DNA from: Macrostomum lignano
Taxonomy: Eukaryota
Assembly: GCA_002269645.1 (NCBI GenBank)
Contig: NIVC01001937.1
Coordinates: 156,249-220,248, forward strand
DNA: 64,000 bases
Reading direction: 5' to 3'
This document shows, in pieces, positions 34,005 to 55,769 of this stretch (positions are counted from its first letter, which is position 1; the number at the start of each line of letters is the position of its first letter). A program made the translations under genes and the position numbers. The notes beneath the pieces were generated by a model. It was not told the origin of the DNA. It was given only the letters and a program-made list of their open reading frames with translations, and did not search any database.

Positions 34005-36132
34005 CGTGGAAGATACCGGATGTCTACATGTTATCAGTGAGGAGGATAACGGATGCTCTACTTGTTACCATTGTGGAAGGTGCCGGATGCTCTACTTGTT
34101 ACCATTGTGGAAGGTGCCGGATGCAATTACTTGTTACCATTGTGGAAGGTGCCGGATGCTTTACTTGTTATCAGTGAGGAGGATACCGGATGCGCTACTT
34201 GTTATCAGTTGAGGAGGATACCGGATGCGCTACTTGTTACCATTGTGGAAGGTGCCGGATGCTCTACTTGTTATCAGTGAGGAGGATACCGGATGCGCTA
34301 CTTGTTATCAGTTGAGGAGGATACCGGATGCGCTACTTGTTACCATTGTGGAAGGTGCCGGATGCTCTACTTGTTACCATTGTGGAAGGTGCCGGATGCT
34401 CTACTTGTTACCATTGTGGAAGGTGCCGGATGCTCTACTTGTTACCATTGTGGAAGGTGCCGGATGCTCTACTTGTTACCATTGTGGAAGGTGCCGGATG
34501 CTTTACTTGTTATCATTGTGGAAGGTGCCGGATGCTCTACTTGTTACCATTGTGGAAGGTGCCGGATGCTCTACTTGTTACCATTGTGGAAGGTGCCGGA
34601 TGCAATTACTTGTTACCATTGTGGAAGGTGCCGCATGCTTTACTTGTTATCATTGTGGAAGGTGCCGGATGCTTTACTTGTTATCAGTGAGGAGGATACC
34701 GGATGCTTTACTTGTTATCAGTGAGGAGGATACCGGATGCTTTACTTGTTATCAGTGACGAGGATACCGGATGCTCTACTTGTTATCAGTGAGGATACCG
34801 GATGCTCTACTTGTTATCAGTGAGGAGGATACCGGATGCTCTACTTGTTATCAGTTGAGGAAGATACCGGATGCGCTACTTGTTACCATTGTGGAAGGTG
34901 CCGGATGCTTTACTTGTTATCATTGTGGAAGGTGCCGGATGCTTTACTTGTTACCATTGTGGAAGGTGCCGGATGCTTTACTTGTTACCATTGTGGAAGG
35001 TGCCGGATGCTTTACTTGTTATCAGTGAGGAGGATACCGGATGCGCTACTTGTTATCAGTTGAGGAGGATACCGGATGCGCTACTTGTTACCATTGTGGA
35101 AGGTGCCGGATGCTTTACTTGTTATCATTGTGGAAGGTGCCGGATGCTCTACTTGTTATCAGTGAGGAGGATACCGGATGCGCTACTTGTTATCAGTTGA
35201 GGAGGATACCGGATGCGCTACTTGTTACCATTGTGGAAGGTGCCGGATGCTCTACTTGTTACCATTGTGGAAGGTGCCGGATGCTCTACTTGTTACCATT
35301 GTGGAAGGTGCCGGATGCTCTACTTGTTACCATTGTGGAAGGTGCCGGATGCTCTACTTGTTACCATTGTGGAAGGTGCCGGATGCTTTACTTGTTATCA
35401 TTGTGGAAGGTGCCGGATGCTCTACTTGTTACCATTGTGGAAGGTGCCGGATGCTCTACTTGTTACCATTGTGGAAGGTGCCGGATGCAATTACTTGTTA
35501 CCATTGTGGAAGGTGCCGCATGCTTTACTTGTTATCATTGTGGAAGGTGCCGGATGCTTTACTTGTTATCATTGTGGAAGGTGCCGGATGCTTTACTTGT
35601 TATCAGTGAGGAGGATACCGGATGCTTTACTTGTTATCAGTGAGGAGGATACCGGATGCTTTACTTGTTATCAGTGACGAGGATACCGGATGCTCTACTT
35701 GTTATCAGTGAGGAGGATACCGGATGCTTTACTTGTTATCAGTGAGGAGGATACCGGATGCTCTACTTGTTATCAGTGAGGAGGATACCGGATGCTCTAC
35801 TTGTTATCAGTGAGGAGGATACCGGATGCTTTACTTGTTATCAGTGAGGAGGATACCGGATGCTCTACTTGTTATCAGTGAGGAGGATACCGGATGCGCT
35901 ACTTGTTATCAGTGAGGAGGATACCGGATGCGCTACTTGATATCAGTGAGGAGGATACCGGATGCTCTACTTGTTATCAGTGAGGAGGATACCGGATGCT
36001 CTACTTGTTATCAGTGAGGAGGATACCGGATGCGCTACTTGATATCAGTGAGGAGGATACCGGATGCGCTACTTGTTATCAGTGAGGAGGATACCGGATG
36101 CGCTACTTGTTATCAGTGAGGAGGATACCGGA
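34005..36132. repeat. 34-bp minisatellite with two unit types and an 885-bp higher-order duplication
   Basis: Unit A TTACCATTGTGGAAGGTGCCGGATGCTCTACTTG and unit B TTATCAGTGAGGAGGATACCGGATGCTCTACTTG; near-identical 143-aa ORFs at 34293 and 35178 give the 885-bp offset. Confidence 0.96.
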
Positions 36133-36696
36133 TAAAGCTACCAAAACGAAGACCGAGGCAATCAAGATACTTCTTGAAGAAATCTATTCTAAAATGGCAA
36201 AAACAGGAAGCCTCCTGGGAACTCCATTAGTTGCAGACTTTGGTTTGGTTGAGATTTTCTTTATCGTAAAAGTTAATGACTACAAATAAGGTGATGCAAG
36301 AAACTCCTTACATGTATACGAGTATACTAAACGTCATCAAAGTTCAATGATATTACACATACGAGCGTATTTACTTGTTACGAAATTTCAGCATTGAAAA
36401 GCGAGTCCAAACAAGCGTATGCCAAACAAAAGGGATTCGGACAGAGAAAGAAAAATAAACGCGGAAACTCGGGGGTCAGCAAGCTCGAGCAGCAGCCACT
36501 TTCTCACTTTCTCGGCTGGCCGTCACCTCCTCGCTAATTGGCCACGGCAGCTTCGCGCTGTCCGAGCAGCCGGCCAAGCAGCGGAGGCCGGCGATGCGCC
36601 TCCTTTTTGGCTTTTATTTAGCCGGGCATTGGCGAGGAGACGCCTTACCGACTCAAGGAGAGGCCACACCAGCAGAGACTCCAAGCTATCGCAAAG

Positions 36697-38325
<1,629 letters not shown>

Positions 38326-38711
38326 CGCGGCGGCAACTGAGTAGAACAGCTCTCAGCTCTCTGACACAAGGGGAGAGGGCAGCTTCAAGTTCCAGACTGA
38401 GGTTTTGACCATCAAATTGAAGTAGCCGAATGAGCAATTATAGTTAATAAACGCGAGGCCCAGCAGCTTTCTGGCTGCTGTGATGAGCACACATATCGCG
38501 CAGTTTATTTGTGGACTTAAGTAATCCTGCACTGGTCAATTAAAAGTCAATGTGTCAATGATTACTGCATGACCGGTATCTTCACGAAATGATCGATAAT
38601 TTCTGATCTCGTTTTAAAGCAAATAGAAATTCATAGAGACTTCAATTGAAAAAAGCTAAGTTCTCAGATTAAAATTACATGTATGTGTAGATCTGCCCAG
38701 GCAAAGGCGGT

Positions 38712-44959
<6,248 letters not shown>

Positions 44960-45541
44960 GGCTGGTCGCGGAACTATCCGAAATTCGAAATCCTACTTTA
45001 ATTAATTACGCAGTCAGTGTTTCGCTTCTCAATGAAGCCGAGGGCGTCCAGCATTCTCAACTTCTGAATATTTTCTCTTTTCCATCTACTGGAGTCCGCA
45101 CTGGTCCATACGCATATACGCATCTTTTTCTACCCTTCATTGCTTTGAGAGCACAATAGTTATTCTGGGTGGGGGGAGGGATACAGATAGAAATAATTCT
45201 CAGCAGCTGTGCGCTATGAATCTTTTCAGACAAAAAATGAAAGGCGAAGTAGTGGACTCGCCCAATCTAGTGTCAAACGCCGAACGGGGTTTGGCTGCGC
45301 AAAATCTAAGTATAGAACAACGTGGCAGCTGGTTGCACCCAGGTAAATGCCAGGTTCTAAAGCCAGTTCGAGACGGCTCAGGGCGGATTGAACTGGCTGT
45401 AAGACGCAGAGTACCGCGCTGCCGCCGCTTGCACTAATGTTCAAGTGCGCACCGTGTGGCGTCTCCACCTGTCTGGCATTCAATCTCCTGGGGCTTTCTC
45501 TGCAGTGTTAGCACTGTGGCTCAGGTTTTAACTGAGCTCGG

Positions 45542-45720
45542 ACAATGGGCATTCGGAGAGTGGAATTTCGAACAATAGGGATTCGGACAATGGGCATCCG
45601 GAGAGTAGGATTTCGGACAATAGGGATTCGGACAATGAGGAATCGGACAATGGGGATTCAGAGAGTGGGGATTCAGACAATGGGGATTCGGATAATGGGG
45701 ATTCGAAGAGTCGGGATTCT
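45542..45720. repeat. Degenerate 15-18 bp repeat (GGGATTCGGACAAT core)
   Basis: Visible core repeats; gives the GIRTM-like ORF. Confidence 0.75.
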
Positions 45721-46742
45721 CTACCTACCTATTGTACCGACTGTACCTATTTCTCACTCTGTTAAAGCAGCCATATTAATTTATAGTTTTGGCATGTGTG
45801 AGATACACCATCAAGCGCAGTCGCCCAGCATTGCTGGTAGCTCGAGGCATCATGCAGTAAATGAAGATAGAATATGAGTATATACAGAAATCTAGTAAAG
45901 AACTGGGACTCAATGTACGTACATTTTTGCAGGTTTGACATATATTATTCAGTCCCAGTAGTACATGGATCCTACATTCATACATTCAAGAGAACATGAG
46001 TGTTTGAAATTTAAGTCTTTAAATACTAAGACAACAATCGCATTGCTGAAAATAGAAGATCTGGTTATTCTGAGCAAGAATGGATAAAGGAAGTCGCTTT
46101 TTACTGCCTAAATGAGACTTTAGTCAAACAAAACACGAGATTCCATAGGCTTCCCATACAAACAAGCAGGAGCGATGCACAGTGTACAGTTCAAGTTCAG
46201 AGTACCAGATTGAAACAGGCTGTGTCTCATTTTGATTATCCATTTATAGTCTATGGCTTATACCGTCTATGGCCATGTTTTCTTAGCGTCGCTCGTGCTG
46301 GCTTGTTTTGTATGGGGAGCATATGGAGTCTCGGTTTGATTCACCAAAGTCTCATTTAAATCCCCAAAACGATACTAGAAATGATGTTTTGAGGAGAGTA
46401 TGAGGGAATGGGGGAGAGAAGGGGAGAAGGGGAGAGAGGGAAGAGTCCTCAAACCTCAAAGCACTGATACGGTAACGCAGATGTTAAAGCAAAGTACCGA
46501 TATTTCGAATATTGTATATTCTTTATCAGAAGTATTATAAACGCAATTATTTTTAAACGAGTTGTTCTCCCATATAAAGGCGAGAAGTGAGAGGTGAGAT
46601 AGAAGGAGAGAAGGGGAGAGAAAGAGAGAAGGAGAGAAGGGGAGAAGAAGAGAAAGAGAGAAGGAGAGAAGGGGAGAAAGAGGGAGAAAGAGAGAAAGAG
46701 AGAAGGGAGAAGGAAAGAAGGAAGAGGGGCTCCCCGCAGTCG

Positions 46743-49154
46743 TCAGGGCCGGCTGCTCCTGGCCAGGCTCTCCAGTGCGGTCACCAGGGCGGCCATGTCG
46801 TGCAGGCGGTCAAAGCTGAAGTATCGCTCCAGCAGGCGGCCTAAGAACTCCGGCGACCGAGCCATGGCGCCCAGCAGGAAGCGCAGCTCGCGCCCAGTCA
46901 GCCGCATGTCGGCCACCTGGTGCGGCAGGCCGCACTCCGAGCACCAGCGGGCCACGCGGGCGGTGTCCCAGGCTTCGAAGTTGTCGGAGACTGCGGCAGC
47001 GGGAATGGTGGCGGCGGCGGTGGTGGGTGCGGAGGGCGCAGCTGCGACTGTCCCACTTGCAGCGATGGGCGGCAGCGGCGGCACTGGCGTGGGCAGACGG
47101 TGCTGCTGGGGCGGGGGAGACTGCGCCTCCGCGGCATCCAGGCAGGATTGAATGGCCGGCAGCAGCTGGGAGAATTTCTCCTCAAACGGGTACTTGGACT
47201 CGGTGAGGTCAAAGTACAGCTGCGTGCCAAGCAGCATCCCCAGCCAGCCTGTGGCCTTGTACTTCGGCTCCATCAGCACCGGGATCAGCTTCTTGCCGCA
47301 CTTCCAGGCGTATTCCGCCTCTGGAAAACAGACAAGCGAGAGCAGTTTGATTTGCTGGACACTACTAGCAGGAGTTCTTTAAAGATTTTAGCTAACTTTT
47401 CCTATTTACACAGAAGCGTGGCCCAATTTAGTGAAAAGATGAGTAGACAGGGGCTGGCTGATTGACATCAGAGACGGAGTGAATCACAAAGAGTTGACCC
47501 GGAAGCGAGTGAACCACAATGAGTTGACCCGGAAGCGAGTGAACCACAATGAGTTCACCCGGAAACGAGTGAACCACAATGAGTTCACCCGGAAGCGAGT
47601 GAATCACAATGAGTTCACCCGGAAACGAGTGAACCACAATGAGTTCACCCGGAAGCGAGTGAATCACAATGAGTTCACCCGGAAACGAGTGAATCACAAT
47701 GAGTTCACCCGGAAGCGAGTGAATCACAATGAGTTCACCCGGTAGGGAGTGAACCACAATGAGTTCACCCGGAAACGAGTGAATCACAATGAGTTCACCC
47801 GGAAACGAGTGAACCACAATGAGTTCACCCGGAAGCGAGTGAATCACAATGAGTTCACCCGGAAACGAGTGAATCACAATGAGTTCATCAGGAAGGGAGT
47901 GAATCACAATGAGTTCACCCGGTAGGGAGTGAATCACAAAGAGTTGACCCGGAAGGGAGTGAATCACAAAGCGTTGACCCGGAAGGGAGTGAATCACAAT
48001 GAGTTCACCCGGAAGGGAGTGAATCACAAAGAGTTGACCCGGAAGGGAGTGAATCACAATGAGTTCACCCGGAAGGGAGTGAATCACAAAGAGTTGACCC
48101 GGAAGGGAGAGTGAATCACAAAGAGTTGACCCGGTAGGGAGTGAATCACAATGAGTTCACCCGGAAGGGAGTGAATCACAAAGAGTTCACCCGGAAGGGA
48201 GTGAATCACAATGAGTTCACCCGGAAGGGAGTGAATCACAATGAGTTCACCCGGAAGGGAGTGAATCACAATGAGTTCACCCGGAAGGGAGTGAATCACA
48301 ATGAGTTCACCCGTAAGGGAGTGAATCACAATGGAAAAGCACTACAGCCCAGTGAACTATTGACAAAAGCACACAGACAGGTTGGCGGCACCCACCCAGC
48401 CTGCAGTTGTTACTCTCTTTGTACAGCCGGGTCACGCACAGCAGCACAACCAGAGAGCTCTCGACCGCTGCAGACATGGCATCCAGAGTGGAGCCCTCCT
48501 TCAGGTGTTTGAAATCTACCCAGACGTCTAAGTGACTCTCACACAGGCGGCCGTGCAGCCTCTCCACCTGCTGTTTGCTGGCGTGATTGTAGCTGATCAT
48601 GACCCGACGGTACCGCCGCGCCGGCTCGCGGGCCTCGCCGCCGGATCGCTGGCCGCCCAGGAGGCGGAAGGCCAGGCCGTTCAGCTGTCGGGAGCTGCTC
48701 CACCGCTCCACTGACTGAAGGCGCTCGATGTGGCCCCTGTGAAGTAGATAGATAGATAGATAGATAGATAGTAGATAGCGAGAAAGAGCGAGCGAAGCGA
48801 GCTCTTTCGAGCTTGCTTGCCGCAGCCAATCAAGCTGAAAGCACGCACACAAGATCACCGGAAACGATTAAGGCAGCTGGAAAGCCAATGGGCGCGGTAA
48901 TCGCTTTTATCCAGAGGAACTACCTGCTGGAACCAGCCATGCCGAACGAAAATCAGACTACTCAAGTAGTGCAAAAGAGTACGTGCAACTACCGAGAAAT
49001 CTAATTTTCGTAACCGCTCCGGTGCAGGTCCTGGCTATAGATAGTAGATAGCGAGAAAGAGCGAGCGAAGCGAGCTCTTTCGAGCTTGCTTGCCGCAGCC
49101 AATCAAGCTGAAAGCACGCACACAAGATCACCGGAAACGATTAAGGCAGCTGGA

Positions 49155-49192
<38 letters not shown>

Positions 49193-50723
49193 TCTTTCAC
49201 CTGAACTCCGTCTTGATGCGCTCGGCCGCTCGCTGGCTGAAGCTCAGCGTGAACAGAATCTCCAGGCCCTCCTGTACGTCCTGAGCCTCCGGGCTGTCCA
49301 GCATCAGCTTGACTACAGACAGCACGTTCAGCTCTACCAGCAGGTCTTTGTTCGCGTCGTTTAAGGCCAGCCGGTTGATGCCTTGAGTGAATGAGACAGT
49401 TTTGCTTGACCTGGGTGCTCGTATTCTTCCGGTATCTGCAGTTCTATCTGCCATCGACTTCACTCTACCCTTTTAAACTATTCTCTTAATTCCGTGAGAC
49501 CTTTTCACTTCAACTCTCGATTCTATTCTACCCCTGATGCTGTTCTGAGCTGTCCAGCGATTCACACGCATGAGAGCCAACCCTAAGCACACAGAGTGTA
49601 CGTGCCTGACGATTAGAAAGTCTTGGCCCGCTGTACACCCAGTGTGAAGTGTATGGAAGACCATATCACCGAAGGCCTATTATTATAGTACTCAACACGC
49701 CAGCGTCCCAAGCACCCCAGCTCACACTTGGACATCTCCGCCACCGAGTAGCCGTCGCAGGCCCGCTCCGGAGCCTTCAGTCCCAGCCGCAGGATGCTGA
49801 TCAGGTAGTTGATGCTTTTCTTGGCGCCCAGAAAGATCTCAGCCTGACTGTCGCCAACCGCGAAAGCGATAAATATCAAAGCGGTAGCCTGCGGGCGCGC
49901 GGTTTTGGGGTTCAGTGCGCCTGATCGGTACTACTCGCAGTAGGAAGGAAGGGAGAGGGGAGGAAGGAGATATGGAGGGCAAATGAAGGAAAGGTTAGGA
50001 ATAAACCGACAGCAGGTGAGAGGAATGAAAATGAAAGAGAATGAACACAAAGAGCAACTAAAAGGTCTGAGCGGTGCTCACCGACACCCTGGTGACAGGG
50101 CTGACCAGGTAGGGCTTGGCGCTGTCTACCATGCTGGGGAACTCAGCCAGCCTTCGGTACAGCTCCGAGTCATTCTTAAAGTACATGTTGTAGCCGATTC
50201 CGAGAGCGCACTCGACCAGGGAGGCCGTGTTCAACTCCAGCATCTGGCCTCCGTCCTGCGCGTTGAGCAGGTCGGGAAAATATGAGCGAAAGAATTTGTC
50301 CTGGCTTTTGGCGAATTGCAGGCAAAACTCCAGCGACCTGTCTGTGCAGTTGAGCAGGCAGAGCAGGACTCGAACTGCCAGATCGTCGTAAGCGCCTCTC
50401 AAGCGGAGCAGCGTCAGCAGCAGGTCCACCAGGCTGGTCACCAGGCCGGAGTCCAGCATCTCCTGCTCGACAGTCCGCAAGTCGGCCTTCAGCTCCGGCT
50501 TCCACTTGGTGCCGTGCGAGCTCATCATCCAGTTGAGCTGGCTGAAACTGCGCGACAGTCGGCCAGCGGCGCCAGCATCCGCAGCGCCATCAGGCGCCGC
50601 AACGAAGGCAGCCAGGTAGGAGACGATCTCTGACAGGCACCGGCGGCAGGCCTCCAGCGAGAAGTCCGGCTCGCTATGGGCTGCGGCCGCAGCCTTGGAG
50701 ACGGACTTGGAGCGGCGCTGCAT
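46743..50723 (-). CDS. ARM-repeat / TIR / SAM domain protein (about 634 aa; exons 50082-50723, 49726-49888, 49201-49381, 48396-48736, 46743-47320)
   Basis: In-frame splicing (phases 0,1,2,1; 1905 nt). Helical ARM-like N-half (LLLTLLRL..LCLLNCTD, INRLALNDANKDLLVELNV); TIR_2-type VMISYNH..VWVD..AVESS..LCVTRLYKESNNCRLEAEYA..LIPV..GWLGMLLG..LYFD; C-terminal SAM-like WDTARVARWC..LTGRELRFL. The start codon and the first two donor choices are less certain. Confidence 0.87.
47477..48332. repeat. 30-bp minisatellite (GAGTGAATCACAATGAGTTCACCCGGAAG(C/G))
   Basis: 10-aa periodic ORFs; intron 4 of the TIR gene. Confidence 0.97.
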
Positions 50724-51151
50724 GACAGTCAGTTTGGCTGAGCTCACTGCTCTCTGCGCATGGAGTGCCAAGAGTGCGGCTCCGGAGCTAAAGTAGCAGC
50801 TCACCTGTTCAGCTTGCCGCTCTCTCGCCCAGCAGCTTAGAGCAGTGCTCACAGGGGGCAGAGGTGTACGCACAGGCTCTGCGTACACTGTGAGCAGTCC
50901 AGTGCTATCTATCACCTATTTGTTGCTGAAAGGAATTCTTTTCAGTGTACACTGCAGTTTAGAAGCAGCCCTATACTCGCATGCTATCCACGCCGTACAA
51001 TCGCTTCGTTGTCATGACTACCTGCATGGCTTGAAAAGCAGGCAATGTACAATCCGAGGATAGACTTAGGAGTAGGTCGTGAGACTCTACTTATAGTAGG
51101 CCAGTATGGCGTACAGTACACGTCGTCAATCTAGTACTGCGTCCTCAAAGT

Positions 51152-51500
51152 GGACACTTCTCAAAGCAGACAATTGTCAAAGCAGACACTTCTCAAAGCG
51201 GACACTTCTCAAAGCAACCACTTGTCAAAGCAGACAATCGTCAAGGCAGACAATTATCAAAGCAACTACTTCCCAAAGCAGACAATTGTCAAAGCAGACA
51301 ATTATCAAAGCAACCACTTGTCAAAGCAGACACTTCTCAAAGCGGACACTTCTCAAAGCAGACACTTCTCAAAGCGGACACTTCTCAAAGCAGACACTTC
51401 TCAAAGCGGACGCTTCTCAAAGCAGACACTTCTCAAAGCGGACGCTTCTCAAAGCAGACAATTGTCAAAGCAGACACTTCTCAAAGCAGACACTTGTCAA
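51152..51500. repeat. 16-bp degenerate minisatellite (AGCAGACACTTCTCAA)
   Basis: 16-aa periodic ORFs 51106-51566. Confidence 0.9.
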
Positions 51501-52259
51501 AGATCTAAAGGTTCACACCAGCAAATGAATTGCGGCTGGGACTTATACAAGTACAAGAAAAAATGACTAAAGCTGAAGCAGAGCTCACCATTGACATTTT
51601 TTGCATTCATAATTTATGAGCAAAGTCTTTACTCGTCTCTACACGACGAGACAACTGAGAGTTCTCGCAGATATATTCTCGACTACAATACATTTAGCAA
51701 GCAATGCACAAGAGAATAACCATAATCACTAGGCAGCAAAAACGCAAATCATTTGCTCTAGGTCCTAGTGGAGTTGCCCAGTTACATCGTTCTTTCAAAT
51801 AATCTATGGCTAAAAATCTATGGATGATAAACCGACATGCAGGATTTAATAGCGACTAGAATTAAATCCAAGATCAGGCTCTGACGGAGACGGGACTAAA
51901 TTAGTAATTCATAAATTTAAAAGCATTTGGCAGGACATACTACGCTCGGATCTTCGGTTTTCCTAGGGTTCAGTTTAAAAATGTGGATCTGAACTTTGGG
52001 CTGGGCCAGAATAGCAAATATTAGGTAAAATACGAGTGCAGCGCAGACGCACCTGTACATGTTGAATTGCAGCTCATGTGCAAGTTGCATTGTACCCGCA
52101 CTGATTCTATTTCCACATAGAAACATCACAGATCGGAAAAAAGCGTGCAACTGACAGGCAGACAGGCCATACAGACAGACAGACAGATAGGCAGATGCAG
52201 GCTTGAAATGAGGAGACACTGAGACAGATAGAGATTTAACTGGTAGGCACAGGCATCAG

Positions 52260-52900
<641 letters not shown>

Positions 52901-52992
52901 AGATAGGCGCGCATTGCACTATAATAGCGGTACAAAATTCGTGCTCGGGAGAGGGCAGAGCTCAGAGAGAAGGGCGGGCGGCCCAAAGACAG

Positions 52993-55583
52993 TCAGCCGC
53001 CGTACCGGTTCAGCATATCGCAGTGCGGAGTAGTCAGCTTGGACGCGATAGCATAAGCTTCCTTGTCGTGGTAATATTTTGCCCGGAATTGCATGGACTC
53101 CTCTGGAAGCAGAAAAGACACAAACGATAGTTTTGCAATAGTCATCAACAAAAAGGCAGAACAAAGGCTAAGAGGACTTACTGTAGCTGCGCTCCCTGTA
53201 GCACTTGACTCGCAATGTGTGAAAAAAGTCGTCTTCGATCTCGGCCTCCAGTTGGCCCAGATTGCCAGTGAATTCCGAGCGAAAATTCGGCTTCACATAG
53301 TAAGGCACCTTGCTGTGCCGAGTGTGCCGCACGTCCGAGTAGGCGCTGCGGGATTGACAGGTGCGAGCTCAAGAGTTAAATCCCTGCTCATGCTTACACT
53401 AAGGGATCTGGGGCAGGGAAGCCTGAAGGATCGGAGGGAGGGCAGCCTGAAGGATCGGGGGAAGGCAACCTGAAGGATCGGGGGTAGGCAACCTGAAGGA
53501 TCGGGGGTAGGCAACCTGAAGGATCGGGGGAGGCCGGGAGGGCAACCGGAAGGATCAGGGGAGGACACCCTGAAGGATCGGGAAAGGGCACCCTGAAGGA
53601 TCAGGGGGAGGACACCCTGAAGGATTGGGGGAGGACACCCTGAAGGATCAGGGGGAGGACACCCTGAAGGATCAGGGGAGGATACCCTGAAGGATCAGGG
53701 GGAGGACGCCCTGAAGGATCGGGGGAGGACACCCTGAAGGATCAGGGGAGGACACCCTGAAGGATCAGGTGGAGGACGCCCTGAAGGATCAGGGGGAGGA
53801 CGCCCTGAAGGATCAGGGGGAGGACACCCTAAAGGATCAGGGGAGGACACCCTGAAGGATCAGGGGGAGGACGCCCTGAAGGATCAGGGGGAGGACACCC
53901 TGAAGGATCAGGGGAGGACACCCTGAAGGATCAGGGGGAGGACGCCCTGAAGGATCGGGGGGAAGGCAACCTGAAAGCAGCAAAGCAGAAGACTTACTTG
54001 TTAGCGGACAGGCTGTACCAGGGGTCGCGGTGCATGAGGCCGGACAGCACGGACATGAGCATGAGCAGGAAGATGGGTGCAAACTGCAGCAGCATTGAAT
54101 AAACATTGCGACCGGCCGCTTCGCCAGCCTGGCCGCCGTCGTGCCGTTGATGCCGCCGGGCCCGCCGCTGCCGCATCTCGTAGGTCGGAAAGCCGCCGCC
54201 GAAGAACATGTTGAAAATTTCTTCTGGCGACACGTCGGCCTCGAATCCGCGCGAATAATCGTCGTAATAGTAGCCTCTGCCGTTGCTATGACGACGCGTT
54301 GCCTGCTGCTCCTCTTCTGAGCCGTACATATCGTAGCGCTGCCGCTTGGCGGGGTCGGCCAGGACGCTATAGGCGTTTCCAATTGCCTTAAATGCTTCCT
54401 GGGCGCCGGGCGCCTTATTCTTATCCGGGTGAAACTTCAGCGCCAGCTTTCGATACGATCGCTTCAGATCGTCATCTGTGGCGTCCTTGGCAACGCCCAG
54501 GATCTCGTAGTAGTCTTTGGCCTGGCAGGGCATGCAGGAAACATTATTCAGTACATAGTAAATTAGGGAGTACGTTTGTACTCTACAACTACCGCAAGTT
54601 CTCGAGCACATTTGTCAAGCATGGGAGACACTTCTCAAGCATGGCAGACATTTCTCAAGCATGACAGACATTTCTCCAGCATGACAGACATTTCTCAAGC
54701 ATGGCAGACATTTCTCAAGCATGACAGACATTTCTCCAGCATGACAGACATTTCTCAAGCATGACAGACATTTCCCAAGCATGACAAACATTCCTCAATT
54801 ATGGGAGACATTTCTCAAGCACGAGAGACATTTCTCAAGCATGACAGACATTTCTCAAGCATGACAGACATTTCTCAAGCATGACAGACATTTCTCAAGC
54901 AACACATACATTTTTTAATTATGGAAGACATTTCTCAAGTATGGGAGACATTTCTCAAGTATGGGAGACATTTCTCAATTATGGGAGACATTTATCAAGC
55001 ACGAGAGACATTTCTCAAGCACGAGAGACATTTCTCAAGCACGAGAGACATTTCTCAAGCATGACAGACATTTCTCAAGCAACACATACATTTTTCAATT
55101 ATGGAAGACATTTCTCAAGCATGACAGACATTTCTCAAGCATGACAGACATTTCTCAAGCATGACAGACATTTCCTTAAGCATGACAGACATTTCCCAAG
55201 CATCGCAGACATTTCTCCAGGCCCGGAGGCTCTGCTCAATAAATGTCTCAAATCACCTTGCGGATCCGCGCCACCCCGCTGGCCTGCTCCTCAGTAAACT
55301 GCCGCTCAGGATGGCCGCTGCCGCTGCTGGTCCGGCGCCTTCGGGCACCTCCATCGTCGTCCTGCGCATTCGACTGTCGCCCTCCCTGTCCACCGTGCGA
55401 GCCGCTGTTGCTAAGCAACTGTTCCAACAGACGCTTGGCCTCCGGACAGCCGTCGACAGCGTCTAAACGGCAGGCTTTGCGCAGCAGCCGCTCTGCTTTT
55501 TCCGCGTCACCAGAAGCCAGCGCGGTCTTGGCGATGCCCAGACAGCGAAGGCTCTCCTCCCGGTTGGCGCTGGTGTCGGCCAT
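52993..55583 (-). CDS. DNAJB12: ER-membrane DnaJ co-chaperone, DNAJB12/DNAJB14 type (374 aa; exons 55257-55583, 53998-54521, 53182-53345, 52993-53102)
   Basis: N-terminal [22 protein letters not shown]; J-domain [32 protein letters not shown]; G/F region; TM segment [19 protein letters not shown]; DUF1977-like [19 protein letters not shown]. Phases 0,2,1; 1125 nt. Confidence 0.93.
53405..53975. repeat. 23-24 bp G-rich minisatellite (CCTGAAGGATCAGGGGGAGGAC(A/G)C)
   Basis: Directly visible; intron 2 of the DnaJ gene. Confidence 0.95.
54615..55215. repeat. 20-bp minisatellite (ATTTCTCAAGCATGACAGAC)
   Basis: Directly visible; intron 1 of the DnaJ gene. Confidence 0.95.
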
Positions 55584-55769
55584 GGCTCAATGAAGACAGC
55601 TGGTGCCGGCTCTGCTGCTTCTGCTCTACTGCTTTGTTTGTTTTGCTTGCTTCTCTTCTAGTCTTCTCTACCGATCTGAGCTAAAACCAGTTTGCCTCAC
55701 CTTTCGAATGGCTAAGTGCATGCATATTATGGCAGTTAGTACTGTATAGGTAATGTTTTAGGACATGAA

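Noticed and set aside
34005-36132. CRISPR-like array (34-bp repeats)
   Set aside because: Head-to-tail units with no unique spacers, no cas genes, eukaryotic context.
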